Shown piece by piece: positions 39,307 to 47,789 of a stretch of 48,607 nucleotides of DNA. The notes beneath the pieces were generated by a model. The model did not search any database, was not told the DNA's origin, and was given only the letters and a program-made list of their open reading frames with translations. How positions within the stretch are numbered: position 1 is the stretch's first letter; every line of letters begins with the position of its first letter. Source of the stretch: a virus (Duplodnaviria > Heunggongvirae > Uroviricota > Caudoviricetes); IMG/VR virus record IMGVR_UViG_3300031992_000025, positions 97,932-146,538 of that record; one strand, given 5' to 3'. The translations under genes were made by a program, and so were the position numbers.

Positions 39307-41173
39307 TTTTATAGATTTTGAAAAAGTAATTATTCATAATTTTGGTAGTTATGGTCATACGGAATTAGACTTAAAAAGCAAAGGTTTTTGTTTAGTTTCT
39401 GGACAAAATAACTTCAAAAAAGATAATGCGCTCTCAAATGGCTCTGGTAAGAGTTTTATTTGGAGTGCTATTTGCTATACAATTACAGGCGAAACTTTAA
39501 ATGGCTTACATACTAATTTAAAAAATATTAATATTGAAGATGATGATAAGTGCTATGTAAAATTAATCTTTAAAGTTAATGCTGATGAGTATGAAATTAC
39601 AAGACATGCTTCACCTAAATCAGATTTACAAATTATTAAAAATGGTGCAGATGTTTCTGGTAAGACTTACCGTGAAAGCGAAAAGAAGCTTGGCGATTTA
39701 CTTCCAGACTTAACTCATGATTTAATTGCTTCAACAATTATTATTGGCCAAGGTATGCCAAATAAATTCTCTTCATTTAGCCCAAGTGGTCGTAAAGAAT
39801 TACTTGAAAAATTAACTAAGTCTGACTTCATGATTGAAGACATTAAAAATAGAGTTACTCTTAGACAAAGTGAATTAAGCAGAAAAATTCAAGAATGTAG
39901 TGATAGTATTTTAGTTAATGGAACTAAATTATCTACTGCTAAAAAAGACTTAGAAAGAATTGAAAAAGAGATTGCTGAAACTGTTAAACCAGATTTTGAT
40001 AAAGACCTTAAAGAAAGTGATGCTTTATTAAAATCTATTGATAAAGATGTTACAAGATTAACTGAGGCAAGAAAAGCAGTTGATGCTCAAATTGAAATAA
40101 CAAATGGTGCGCTTCTTACTATCGCGCACGAAAAAGCTGAAAAACTACGCATGTTATCAGAAAGCTACCACACTGCAATTGATCCTGTTAATCAAGAAAA
40201 ACTTACTGCTGAAACCACTATTAGAAATTTAACTGCAGAAGTTAATAGATTAAAAGCAGTTAAAGATACTTGTCCAACATGTGGTCAAAAATTACCTGGA
40301 GCCGTTAAACCAGATACATCTAGTCAAGAAGCTCAAATTAAAACTCTAAATGAAAGTTTAACTCCTCTTAAAAATAGAATTAATGAGATTAATACTAAGA
40401 GTGCTGAATATAAGCAACAAATTGAAAACGAAGTTGCTGATAAAGAAACCAAATTAAATACTGAGATAGCTGGACTTAAAAAAGATAGAGATACCATTAT
40501 CAACGAACTAAATGATTGTTCCCAAAATTATAATACTGAAAAGGAAAGATATAGCAAACTTACTTTTGAAAAAGATAACTGGGACAAACACCAAAAATTC
40601 TTAAATGATTCTATTGCAGAATTACAAAAGTCTATTAATACATTAGACAACTTAGTAAATATTACTAATGATGCCAAAGTAGATTTAGAAGCTCACTTAG
40701 CAGTTGTTAAAAAAATGGATTCACTTGCTAAGAGAGACTTCCGTGGTTATTTATTAACAAATATCATTAATTATATTGATAAGAAGGCTAAAGATTATAG
40801 TGAAACTGTTTTTGGAACTAGAGACCTTAATGTTTATATTGATGGTAATGCCTTAGATATTTCTTATTGTAATAAAATGTTTGATAACTTATCAGGCGGA
40901 GAAAAACAAAGAGTAGACTTAATTCTACAATTTGCTATCAGAGATATGTTAAATGTTTATCTAAACTCTGGGGCCAATATCTTAGTATTAGATGAAATTA
41001 CAGACTTCCTTGATAAAACAAGTTGTAGCGCTGTAATGAAACTAATTGAAAAAGAGTTAAATACTATTGAGTCAGTATTTATCGTTAGCCACCATGCAGA
41101 TGAGCTTGGCCTTCCAGTAGACTCAGAAATTAAGGTAATTAAAGATACAAATGGCATTAGCCAAATTATATAA
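39299..41173 (+). CDS. SbcC/Rad50-like SMC ATPase
   Basis: NGSGKS, CPTCGQ zinc hook, LSGGE signature, LVLDE and IVSH motifs, plus coiled coils. Confidence 0.9.
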   Translation: MANFIDFEKVIIHNFGSYGHTELDLKSKGFCLVSGQNNFKKDNALSNGSGKSFIWSAICYTITGETLNGLHTNLKNINIEDDDKCYVKLIFKVNADEYEITRHASPKSDLQIIKNGADVSGKTYRESEKKLGDLLPDLTHDLIASTIIIGQGMPNKFSSFSPSGRKELLEKLTKSDFMIEDIKNRVTLRQSELSRKIQECSDSILVNGTKLSTAKKDLERIEKEIAETVKPDFDKDLKESDALLKSIDKDVTRLTEARKAVDAQIEITNGALLTIAHEKAEKLRMLSESYHTAIDPVNQEKLTAETTIRNLTAEVNRLKAVKDTCPTCGQKLPGAVKPDTSSQEAQIKTLNESLTPLKNRINEINTKSAEYKQQIENEVADKETKLNTEIAGLKKDRDTIINELNDCSQNYNTEKERYSKLTFEKDNWDKHQKFLNDSIAELQKSINTLDNLVNITNDAKVDLEAHLAVVKKMDSLAKRDFRGYLLTNIINYIDKKAKDYSETVFGTRDLNVYIDGNALDISYCNKMFDNLSGGEKQRVDLILQFAIRDMLNVYLNSGANILVLDEITDFLDKTSCSAVMKLIEKELNTIESVFIVSHHADELGLPVDSEIKVIKDTNGISQII

Positions 41174-41174
41174 T
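41160..41174 (+). promoter_or_regulatory. overlapping GCCAAATTATAT (late-type) and TATAAT motifs
   Basis: One mismatch to GCTAAATTATAT; TATAAT at 41169-41174; AAGGAG RBS follows. Confidence 0.45.
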
Positions 41175-41187
41175 AAGGAGTAGATAT

Positions 41188-42012
41188 ATGCAATGAAAGA
41201 AAGATCCAGATAAAAAATATACTGACCTCTGTATTTATATTGATGCTAATATTCAAAATATTGCTAACCCAGGTGAGCATCCCGATATTGAAAACACAGT
41301 ATATAATTATATCTGATTAGTTATTAAGGCACTAGCTATTAAAAAATGCATGTTTAATAACTTCCAAGATTATGACCCTTATGCATTCTATGGTGCAAAT
41401 CGAATATACTTTGCACTAAGAAAAAACATTTGAAACACGGGCAAAACGATTAAAGGTAAAGAAATTAAGCCAATTAAATCTTGTCTAAACTACATTAAAG
41501 CTCTTCTTTACCCAATGAAAATTGAGTACCAAAATGAAACATTTAGAGAAATTATTTCAGAAGAATTTGTTTCTAAAAAATTTGACTCTTTTACATTTAG
41601 AGAGCAAATGCGTAGTGGTGCAAGAGCAAGCCAAGGTGTTAATGAACAATTTAGAAGCTATGTGCAAGATGCATTTGTGCACATCGGTTCAATGGCTGAT
41701 GATGTATTAAAAAAATCACCATTTAGCCCAAGATCACTTGATTACAAAAAATTAAAAATATCATTAATGCTTAATGCAATTAACTCATTAAAGACTAAGA
41801 AAAAATTAGATTCAGATTTGCCTACAATTATTCTATGAAAACTTCCAAAGTCAATGTCAAGTTATGTTAGAATATTATTAAAAGAATTCTATTCAGAGAT
41901 TAAAACTGAGATTATGGAATGCCACAGAGCCGCAGATATTAGTGATGATGTGGTAGATAGAATGCTACAAAATGCTTCAGAAGATAGGGAGACATATGAA
42001 GACAAATATTAA
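41188..42012 (+). CDS. 274-aa protein with all 4 Trp encoded by TGA; candidate sigma-like/late transcription factor
   Basis: Open frame from ATG 41188 to TAA 42012 with TGA at 41194, 41314, 41431 and 41836, and an AAGGAG RBS. The CDS is well supported; the function is speculative. Confidence 0.6.
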
Positions 42013-42391
42013 AAATAATCTAAATGCACTTCATTTATCAGATATTTACTCTTTAATGTTATTTATTCTATATAAAGTGCAAGACATACCAGAATATGCT
42101 GTATTAAGTGAATTGTGCTATTTATTAGACGGTAATAACTTAACTAGACTTCTTACTTATTTTGCTGGAAAAACTATTACATTTCCAACTGAAGATGAAT
42201 TTGCTTCATTAACAAATGCATTATTATTATATAACTATGTTAATGTTGAAGGTCTAACACTTGTTGAAGGTCAAGCAAAATTAGAAGATGTTACGCCAAA
42301 ACAAATGGAAATTATTACAGATTTATATCTTAAAATATTACCTGTAATGAGACAATACAATATTGATAGGAGTCAATTAAGTGGCAAATAA
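41996..42391 (+). CDS. protein with a Mor-activator-like motif
   Basis: LTRLLTYFAGKTITFPT resembles the Mor/C family L...FGG..IYIP; GGGAG RBS. Confidence 0.45.
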   Translation: MKTNIKNNLNALHLSDIYSLMLFILYKVQDIPEYAVLSELCYLLDGNNLTRLLTYFAGKTITFPTEDEFASLTNALLLYNYVNVEGLTLVEGQAKLEDVTPKQMEIITDLYLKILPVMRQYNIDRSQLSGK

Positions 42392-42602
42392 TAAGTTTCC
42401 AGAAGAAGAGCGTTCATTTGAAACAAGACTTAAATTTATTAAAGAGTTATTTACCAATAAGTATGAAGACTACCAAATTATGGCACATTGCATTCAGCAT
42501 AAGCTAGACAAATCATATGAAGCATATGTGAAAAAAATTCATAAGAGCTCTTGGTTATTAGAAAACGAAGACCCAATGAAAATATTAAAAAGAATTGATT
42601 AA
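42381..42602 (+). CDS. hypothetical protein
   Basis: 73-aa ORF overlapping the upstream stop. Confidence 0.6.
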   Translation: MANNKFPEEERSFETRLKFIKELFTNKYEDYQIMAHCIQHKLDKSYEAYVKKIHKSSWLLENEDPMKILKRID

Positions 42603-42616
42603 GGAGAAAATTATAT

Positions 42617-42946
42617 ATGAGTGGACAACCAAATGTAATTAATGATATTGGAGCACTATTAAAACTTCCTAGCAAAGTTACAACAGAGCTCGTAGACAAA
42701 GCAAATCTTTGTATCGGAAGTATTATCTGTGATGCAAAGCTTGCTGGTGAACAAACAGTTATTATCAATATCGGAATTGGCACATTAAGTGTTGATTTAA
42801 TTGATATGCAATGTAAGTTTGTTCCAAGCAAAGATTTAAAAGCTACAATTAAAAGCAGCTTAAATGATGAAAAAGATCCTCTTGAATTAGAGCTTGAACA
42901 AACACTAGCTGAAAAATTATTAACAGTAGTTGACGAGGCAATTTAA
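42617..42946 (+). CDS. HU/IHF-like protein apparently lacking the beta-ribbon arms
   Basis: GEQTVIINIGIGTLSV then directly CKFVPSKDLKATI, compared with the HU template GEKVQLIGFGTFEV..arm..PKFKPGKALKDAV. Confidence 0.4.
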   Translation: MSGQPNVINDIGALLKLPSKVTTELVDKANLCIGSIICDAKLAGEQTVIINIGIGTLSVDLIDMQCKFVPSKDLKATIKSSLNDEKDPLELELEQTLAEKLLTVVDEAI

Positions 42947-42948
42947 TT

Positions 42949-43524
42949 ATGAGCCAGGTGAAGTTAGATCAAATAATAACGCCAGGTAAAACTTCATCAG
43001 ATAGTGTTGAGGAAAGCACAGCGTTAGTTGCTATAGATACAACTGGTTTAAATGCAGAATCTTTAGAGATTTTAAACCAAATTATTGTTGCTGAAGACAG
43101 GACTAAAGCAAAAGATTTAACTCAGCTTTTTATTGATAATCACAATAAAAAGACAATGGTTAGATTAGACAGCTTAAATGAGCTTCAAAATAAATTAATT
43201 GGTCAATTATCAAGGCGCGTTACTGAAAGACCAGATGAAATATCAAATCAAGAATTGATGCAAGCAGTTAAAATTATTCAAGACTTGATTGATAGAAGTA
43301 CTAAATCAATTACCGAGCCAGCCGATAAACCATTGATCCAAATCAATTCTCAAAGTAACTCTGTAAATGTAGGTGATGGTACAACTACTTATACAAGAGA
43401 GTCAAGAGACCGTGTTAGAAATGCAGTAATGAGTTTGCTTAGCAGTATTAATGATACCGTAGCAGACAAAGAAGTTATTGATACAGCTGATATACAAACT
43501 AAGGATGAAGACGACCATGAATAA
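42949..43524 (+). CDS. helical hypothetical protein, possibly terminase-small-subunit-like
   Basis: Helical core followed by a beta-strand-like IQINSQSNSVNVG; family call is weak. Confidence 0.35.
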   Translation: MSQVKLDQIITPGKTSSDSVEESTALVAIDTTGLNAESLEILNQIIVAEDRTKAKDLTQLFIDNHNKKTMVRLDSLNELQNKLIGQLSRRVTERPDEISNQELMQAVKIIQDLIDRSTKSITEPADKPLIQINSQSNSVNVGDGTTTYTRESRDRVRNAVMSLLSSINDTVADKEVIDTADIQTKDEDDHE

Positions 43525-43813
43525 TATTAAAGAAATTTTAAAAAAACTAGACATTCAAGAAACTGGCGCATATAAAGACCATTTTTATGTAATCAACTTA
43601 AAAGATAGTAATGATTATGCTAAAATGTATACTCAGCTTGATAAAAAAGCAATTAATACTGAATTCCCAGAATTTGCTAAAAATACTAATGAAGCAACAA
43701 CGAAGATCACAAATTATTTTGAGATTGATGATAATAATATAACTTATGATATATTTTTATTTGCTGACTTTAATGCAGATAAATATTATCTAAAAATTGC
43801 TGAGAGAGATTAA
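43517..43813 (+). CDS. hypothetical protein (start revised to 43517)
   Basis: ATG overlapping the upstream stop; 98 aa. Confidence 0.65.
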   Translation: MNNIKEILKKLDIQETGAYKDHFYVINLKDSNDYAKMYTQLDKKAINTEFPEFAKNTNEATTKITNYFEIDDNNITYDIFLFADFNADKYYLKIAERD

Positions 43814-44205
43814 TGATTTACGATTATAGTGGAACAAAAACATTCACGGCTTCATTAGTGGTTGATGATCCTGGAAACTGTGCTATCTGTGCTAATGGCT
43901 ATTATCCAACTAATGTTAAAGGATTAAAACTTCCAGGTGACTACTACTTAATAGTAAGAACTATTGATGGCATGACTACTATTCTTAAGTGGGGAGCTGT
44001 TACTGAACTTGCAGAATTAGTTAGTGGATACAGTTTAGATGTTAAACAGTTTAAATATAAAGAAAGCTCTATTCATAGAGAAATTCAATTATTTCTAAAT
44101 GATGGACAGAAGTTTATTTATGAAGCAAATGTTATAGACATTGATGCTGCATTAGAAAAAACACCAAAAGATTATAATTTTGTTGCAACACTAGAAAGGG
44201 CTTAA
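43813..44205 (+). CDS. hypothetical protein
   Basis: TAATG-coupled 130-aa ORF. Confidence 0.7.
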   Translation: MIYDYSGTKTFTASLVVDDPGNCAICANGYYPTNVKGLKLPGDYYLIVRTIDGMTTILKWGAVTELAELVSGYSLDVKQFKYKESSIHREIQLFLNDGQKFIYEANVIDIDAALEKTPKDYNFVATLERA

Positions 44206-44206
44206 T

Positions 44207-44569
44207 ATGGCAGTTAAAGACGTTAGAGAATACTATTATAAAATGCAAGCTCAAAAGCTTGAAATGGAAGCAGACTTAGCAGATTTTGAAGAAGCACTTA
44301 AAAATGGCTTCATTACAGAAGATCAGGTGCAAGTAGCAAGAGACGAGTTATTTCCGTTTCAAGTTAATTATGACAGATTAACCTATATAATGTATTTATT
44401 AGAGCTACCAAATCGAGATTCTAAAAAAGCAAAGCACAATAAGCAAAATAAAAAATTATTAGAAGAATTAAAAAATCGTAATGCTGATGAAGAATCTGTG
44501 CTTAATGAAAATAAAAGTGCATTAGATAGATTTAGAGCTGAACTTAAAAAGCTTGAAGAGAATAAGTAA
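44207..44569 (+). CDS. hypothetical coiled-coil protein
   Basis: 120-aa ORF. Confidence 0.7.
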   Translation: MAVKDVREYYYKMQAQKLEMEADLADFEEALKNGFITEDQVQVARDELFPFQVNYDRLTYIMYLLELPNRDSKKAKHNKQNKKLLEELKNRNADEESVLNENKSALDRFRAELKKLEENK

Positions 44570-44586
44570 TAACTTATTCTTTTTTT

Positions 44587-44610
44587 TAATAATTTAATAA
44601 TTTAATAATT
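44587..44610. repeat. (TAATAATT)x3 in an A/T-only intergenic tract
   Basis: Exact tandem copies, flanked by an AATAACTT/AAGTTATT inverted pair. Confidence 0.75.
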
Positions 44611-44630
44611 TATTAAAAGTTATTTTTTTA

Positions 44631-44640
44631 TTGTATAATA
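44631..44640 (+). promoter_or_regulatory. TTGTATAATA promoter
   Basis: Recurrent motif followed by an AAAGGAG RBS. Confidence 0.65.
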
Positions 44641-44662
44641 TATATGAATTAAAGGAGATTTT

Positions 44663-45451
44663 ATGGAAAAAATAATTACTGATTTAAGTATATTAGCAGA
44701 GCCATCTGAACCATTAAAGTTTTTAACTGAAAAGGGCATTGAAAAAGAAGAAGGCGAAAAAATTATCGCTAAAATTAAAAGTGCTATGGAAGAAGATAAA
44801 ACTATTCTAACTCTTACAGCACCTCAAATTGGAATTAAACATAAAATATTTTGTATCAGATTTAATGATACAATTAAAACATTTATTAACCCAATTGTAA
44901 CTAAAAAAGATAAATTTGTTGTTCGTCCAGAGACATGTGTGTCTTTGCCTGGGAAAGAAATTTTAATTACTCGACCAGAGGAAATTACAGTCGTATATTA
45001 TACTGACGAATTTAAGTATGAAGAAAATAAACTTTTAGGAGCTGCCGCAAGACTATTTGATCAAAGTTGCCACTTACTCGATGGTGTTACACCAGATGAA
45101 CTTGGTTTAGTCTCAGATGTTGCAACTGATGGTTCATTAGCAGACTGTTCAGAAGAAGAGATTAAAGAGCTTGTTGATTTTTATAAGAATAAATATATTC
45201 CAGCAAAAGCAAAAGCTTTGAATGAAGCTGTTAAAGCTGACCCTGAACTTGAGAAAAAATATAAAGAGCTACAATTTACTGAGAAAGTTATTACTGGTAA
45301 TGCTAGTATTGTTGGTAAAAATATTTCTGCTAAGGGACAAGCTGCAGCAGCATTATCAATTAAAAAAGCAGATCAATTTAATAAACAAATAAATAGAGCT
45401 CAATTAATGAAAGTAGCTAATAAAAGTAGAAAATATAAAGGCGGTAAATAG
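44663..45451 (+). CDS. degenerate peptide deformylase homologue with a long basic C-terminal extension
   Basis: LTAPQIG, FINP, PETCVSLPG, ITRPEEITV.Y and ARLFDQSCHLLDG match the Def motifs, but HExxH is lost. Confidence 0.7.
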   Translation: MEKIITDLSILAEPSEPLKFLTEKGIEKEEGEKIIAKIKSAMEEDKTILTLTAPQIGIKHKIFCIRFNDTIKTFINPIVTKKDKFVVRPETCVSLPGKEILITRPEEITVVYYTDEFKYEENKLLGAAARLFDQSCHLLDGVTPDELGLVSDVATDGSLADCSEEEIKELVDFYKNKYIPAKAKALNEAVKADPELEKKYKELQFTEKVITGNASIVGKNISAKGQAAAALSIKKADQFNKQINRAQLMKVANKSRKYKGGK

Positions 45452-45452
45452 T

Positions 45453-45665
45453 ATGAAGGAAGAATATATCAGAGATTTTAATAAAGTAATCATCGGCATT
45501 ATTCAAACTGATGCTGAAGGTAATCAAACAGGCAGACTGTTTAATAGTAGAAAAATTGTTGGTTATTACACCGTCAAAGATAATCGAACAAGAAACTTTT
45601 TACTTCAAATCGTTTCTGAAGGAAACACATTAGTTAATTTAATTTATAAAGAATTAGGAAGATAA
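45453..45665 (+). CDS. hypothetical protein
   Basis: 70-aa ORF. Confidence 0.7.
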   Translation: MKEEYIRDFNKVIIGIIQTDAEGNQTGRLFNSRKIVGYYTVKDNRTRNFLLQIVSEGNTLVNLIYKELGR

Positions 45666-45675
45666 GGGAGCTAAT

Positions 45676-45828
45676 ATGGAAAAGGATAATAAAAAAATTA
45701 TTAGTTTAGAAATTCCAGAAGACTTACGTAAAGCTTTACGTATTGAAGCCTTCAACAGAGACGTCACAGTCTCAGCATTAATTAGAGATATTCTTGCAAA
45801 GGAACTTAAAGTTACCCCTAAGAAATAG
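45676..45828 (+). CDS. ribbon-helix-helix (CopG/Arc-like) DNA-binding protein (50 aa; not in ORF track)
   Basis: IISLEIPEDLRKALRIEAFNRDVTVSALIRDIL pattern; GGGAG RBS; TAG at 45828. Confidence 0.8.
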   Translation: MEKDNKKIISLEIPEDLRKALRIEAFNRDVTVSALIRDILAKELKVTPKK

Positions 45829-45839
45829 GAGGCTTATAA

Positions 45840-47684
45840 ATGGAAGATTTAAAAAGTAAGAAATTACTTGTAATTGTCGAGTCTCCAAATAAAATATCAC
45901 ATATCAGAGACTATTTAAGAAAAGCTGGCTATCAAGTTAATGTTCAAGCAAGTGTTGGGCATATTATGCAACTTGGTAATGGTGGACCTTATGCAAACTC
46001 TGGTGTTAATCCTGATAAAGACTTTGAGCTAAATTTACAAGTTTCAGAAGATAAATATAAAACTGTTCAAGATTTAAAAGCAGCTGTTAAAACAGCTGAT
46101 TTAGTTTATCTTATGTCTGACCCCGATAGAGAAGGGGAAGTTATTGCTTGGAGTTTAATTAAGTTTTTGAATATTCCAAAGACTAAAATTAGAAGAGCTG
46201 TGACTCATGAAATCACTCCAAAAGCAGTTGTTAATGCTATTGAAAACCCAATTAAATTAAATGAAAATTTGGTTGATGCTGGCTTAACAAGATTAACATT
46301 AGATAAGATGATTGGCTTTAGATTAAGCCCAATTGCTAAAACTTATGTTGGTGCTAAATCAGTTGGTAGATGTCAATCAGTTGGTTTAAAATTAGTTGTT
46401 GATAGAGAAAGAGAAATTCAAGCATTTGTTCCAGAAACTTATTTTGATTTATATTTAAATTTTGTTAAAAATAAAACTAAATTTAAAGCTAAGTTTGCTG
46501 GGAATAATGAAATTGGAAATGTTGATCACTTAAAAACACAAGCTGAAGTTGACAAAGTTAAAAAGAATTGTAAAGGTGATTTTATAATTGAAGCGATTAA
46601 GCAAAAAGAAAAAGAAGAGTCACCAAAACCACCATTCTGCACTGCGACTTTCCAACAAGAAGCCGCAAGTAAAATTGGCTTAAAAGTCAAAGATGCGATG
46701 GCTGTTGCCCAAAAGTTATTCGAGTCTGGAAATATTACTTATATGAGAACTGATGATACAGTCTTTGCTGAAGAATTTGTTCCAGTTTTAAAAAGTTATA
46801 TTGAAAATACTTATGGTAAAAAAGCTTGGACTCAACCACGTGTTGGCAAAAAGCAAGAAAATGCACAAGAAGGCCATGAATGTTTACGTGTTACAGACCC
46901 AACATTAACTCCAGACCAATACAATAAAATTGATGCTAATAGCTTAAACCAAAAAGTTTATAAACTTATTTGGCAAAGGACTATTGCAGCTGCTTTACCT
47001 AATGCTAAGATTTCAGAAACTCAATACTTAATTGATAATAATGGTGAGAAATTTATCTTAGTCTCAAATGAAATTACAAATTTAGGTTATCGTGAAGTTT
47101 ATTCTTATAAAGACGATGACCAAGATGAAGATGGACCAGTTAAAGAAACCTTTAAAAAGGGTGAAATACTTAAAGATTGCACATTAGAAGATATTAAAAA
47201 AGAAACAAAACCAAAACCAAGATATACTGAAGCTACATTAATTAAAACTTTAGAAAAGAATGGTTGTGGTAGACCTTCTACTTATGCTACTATTGTTGAA
47301 ACTGTATTGAGCACCACAAGAGGCTATGCTGAGCTTCAAGAAAAGTCTATTGTTCCAACCGATAGAGGTATGCAGTTAGCAGCTTTCTTAGATCGTTCAT
47401 TTAACAATGTGATTAACTTAGATTATACAAGTGAAATGGAGAAATCTCTTGATAAAATTGCTGCTGGTAAAGAAAAGAAGTCTCAATTTTTAACTGAATT
47501 CTACAATAACTTAGAAAATACAATTAAAAATAATAAAGAAATTCAAACTGATCCACTGGCTGGTGAAGCAAAGGTATGCCCAGAATGCGGAGCTCCAATG
47601 GTAATTAGACGAAGTAAATTTGGAAAATTATTCTATGGGTGCTCTAAATACCCAAAGTGTCGTGGCATAATAAATATTAATTAA
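45840..47684 (+). CDS. topA: type IA DNA topoisomerase
   Basis: IVESPNK, SDPDREGE, SVGRCQS, ITYMRTD (catalytic Tyr), GRPSTYA and a C-terminal CPECG Zn ribbon. Confidence 0.95.
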   Translation: MEDLKSKKLLVIVESPNKISHIRDYLRKAGYQVNVQASVGHIMQLGNGGPYANSGVNPDKDFELNLQVSEDKYKTVQDLKAAVKTADLVYLMSDPDREGEVIAWSLIKFLNIPKTKIRRAVTHEITPKAVVNAIENPIKLNENLVDAGLTRLTLDKMIGFRLSPIAKTYVGAKSVGRCQSVGLKLVVDREREIQAFVPETYFDLYLNFVKNKTKFKAKFAGNNEIGNVDHLKTQAEVDKVKKNCKGDFIIEAIKQKEKEESPKPPFCTATFQQEAASKIGLKVKDAMAVAQKLFESGNITYMRTDDTVFAEEFVPVLKSYIENTYGKKAWTQPRVGKKQENAQEGHECLRVTDPTLTPDQYNKIDANSLNQKVYKLIWQRTIAAALPNAKISETQYLIDNNGEKFILVSNEITNLGYREVYSYKDDDQDEDGPVKETFKKGEILKDCTLEDIKKETKPKPRYTEATLIKTLEKNGCGRPSTYATIVETVLSTTRGYAELQEKSIVPTDRGMQLAAFLDRSFNNVINLDYTSEMEKSLDKIAAGKEKKSQFLTEFYNNLENTIKNNKEIQTDPLAGEAKVCPECGAPMVIRRSKFGKLFYGCSKYPKCRGIININ

Positions 47685-47698
47685 ATATTAATTAAAAT

Positions 47699-47724
47699 AG
47701 ACTGCTTTAAAGGCAGTCTTTTTA
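47699..47724 (+). terminator. intrinsic terminator
   Basis: AGACTGC-TTTAAAG-GCAGTCT-TTTT. Confidence 0.8.
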
Positions 47725-47744
47725 TTATTTGCTACTAATTAATT

Positions 47745-47753
47745 GCTAAATTA
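47745..47753 (+). promoter_or_regulatory. GCTAAATTA late-type promoter motif
   Basis: Exact copy after the topA terminator, ahead of a CAGGAG RBS. Confidence 0.6.
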
Positions 47754-47789
47754 ATTGATTTAATAAAGTTTAAAAACAGGAGATATAAA

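Noticed and set aside
1559-42831. All minus-strand ORFs in the track
   Set aside because: They are short shadows of well-supported plus-strand genes, with no RBS or motifs.
47673-47695. AATATTAATTA duplication at the topA end
   Set aside because: Low-complexity AT sequence, probably slippage, with no evidence of function.
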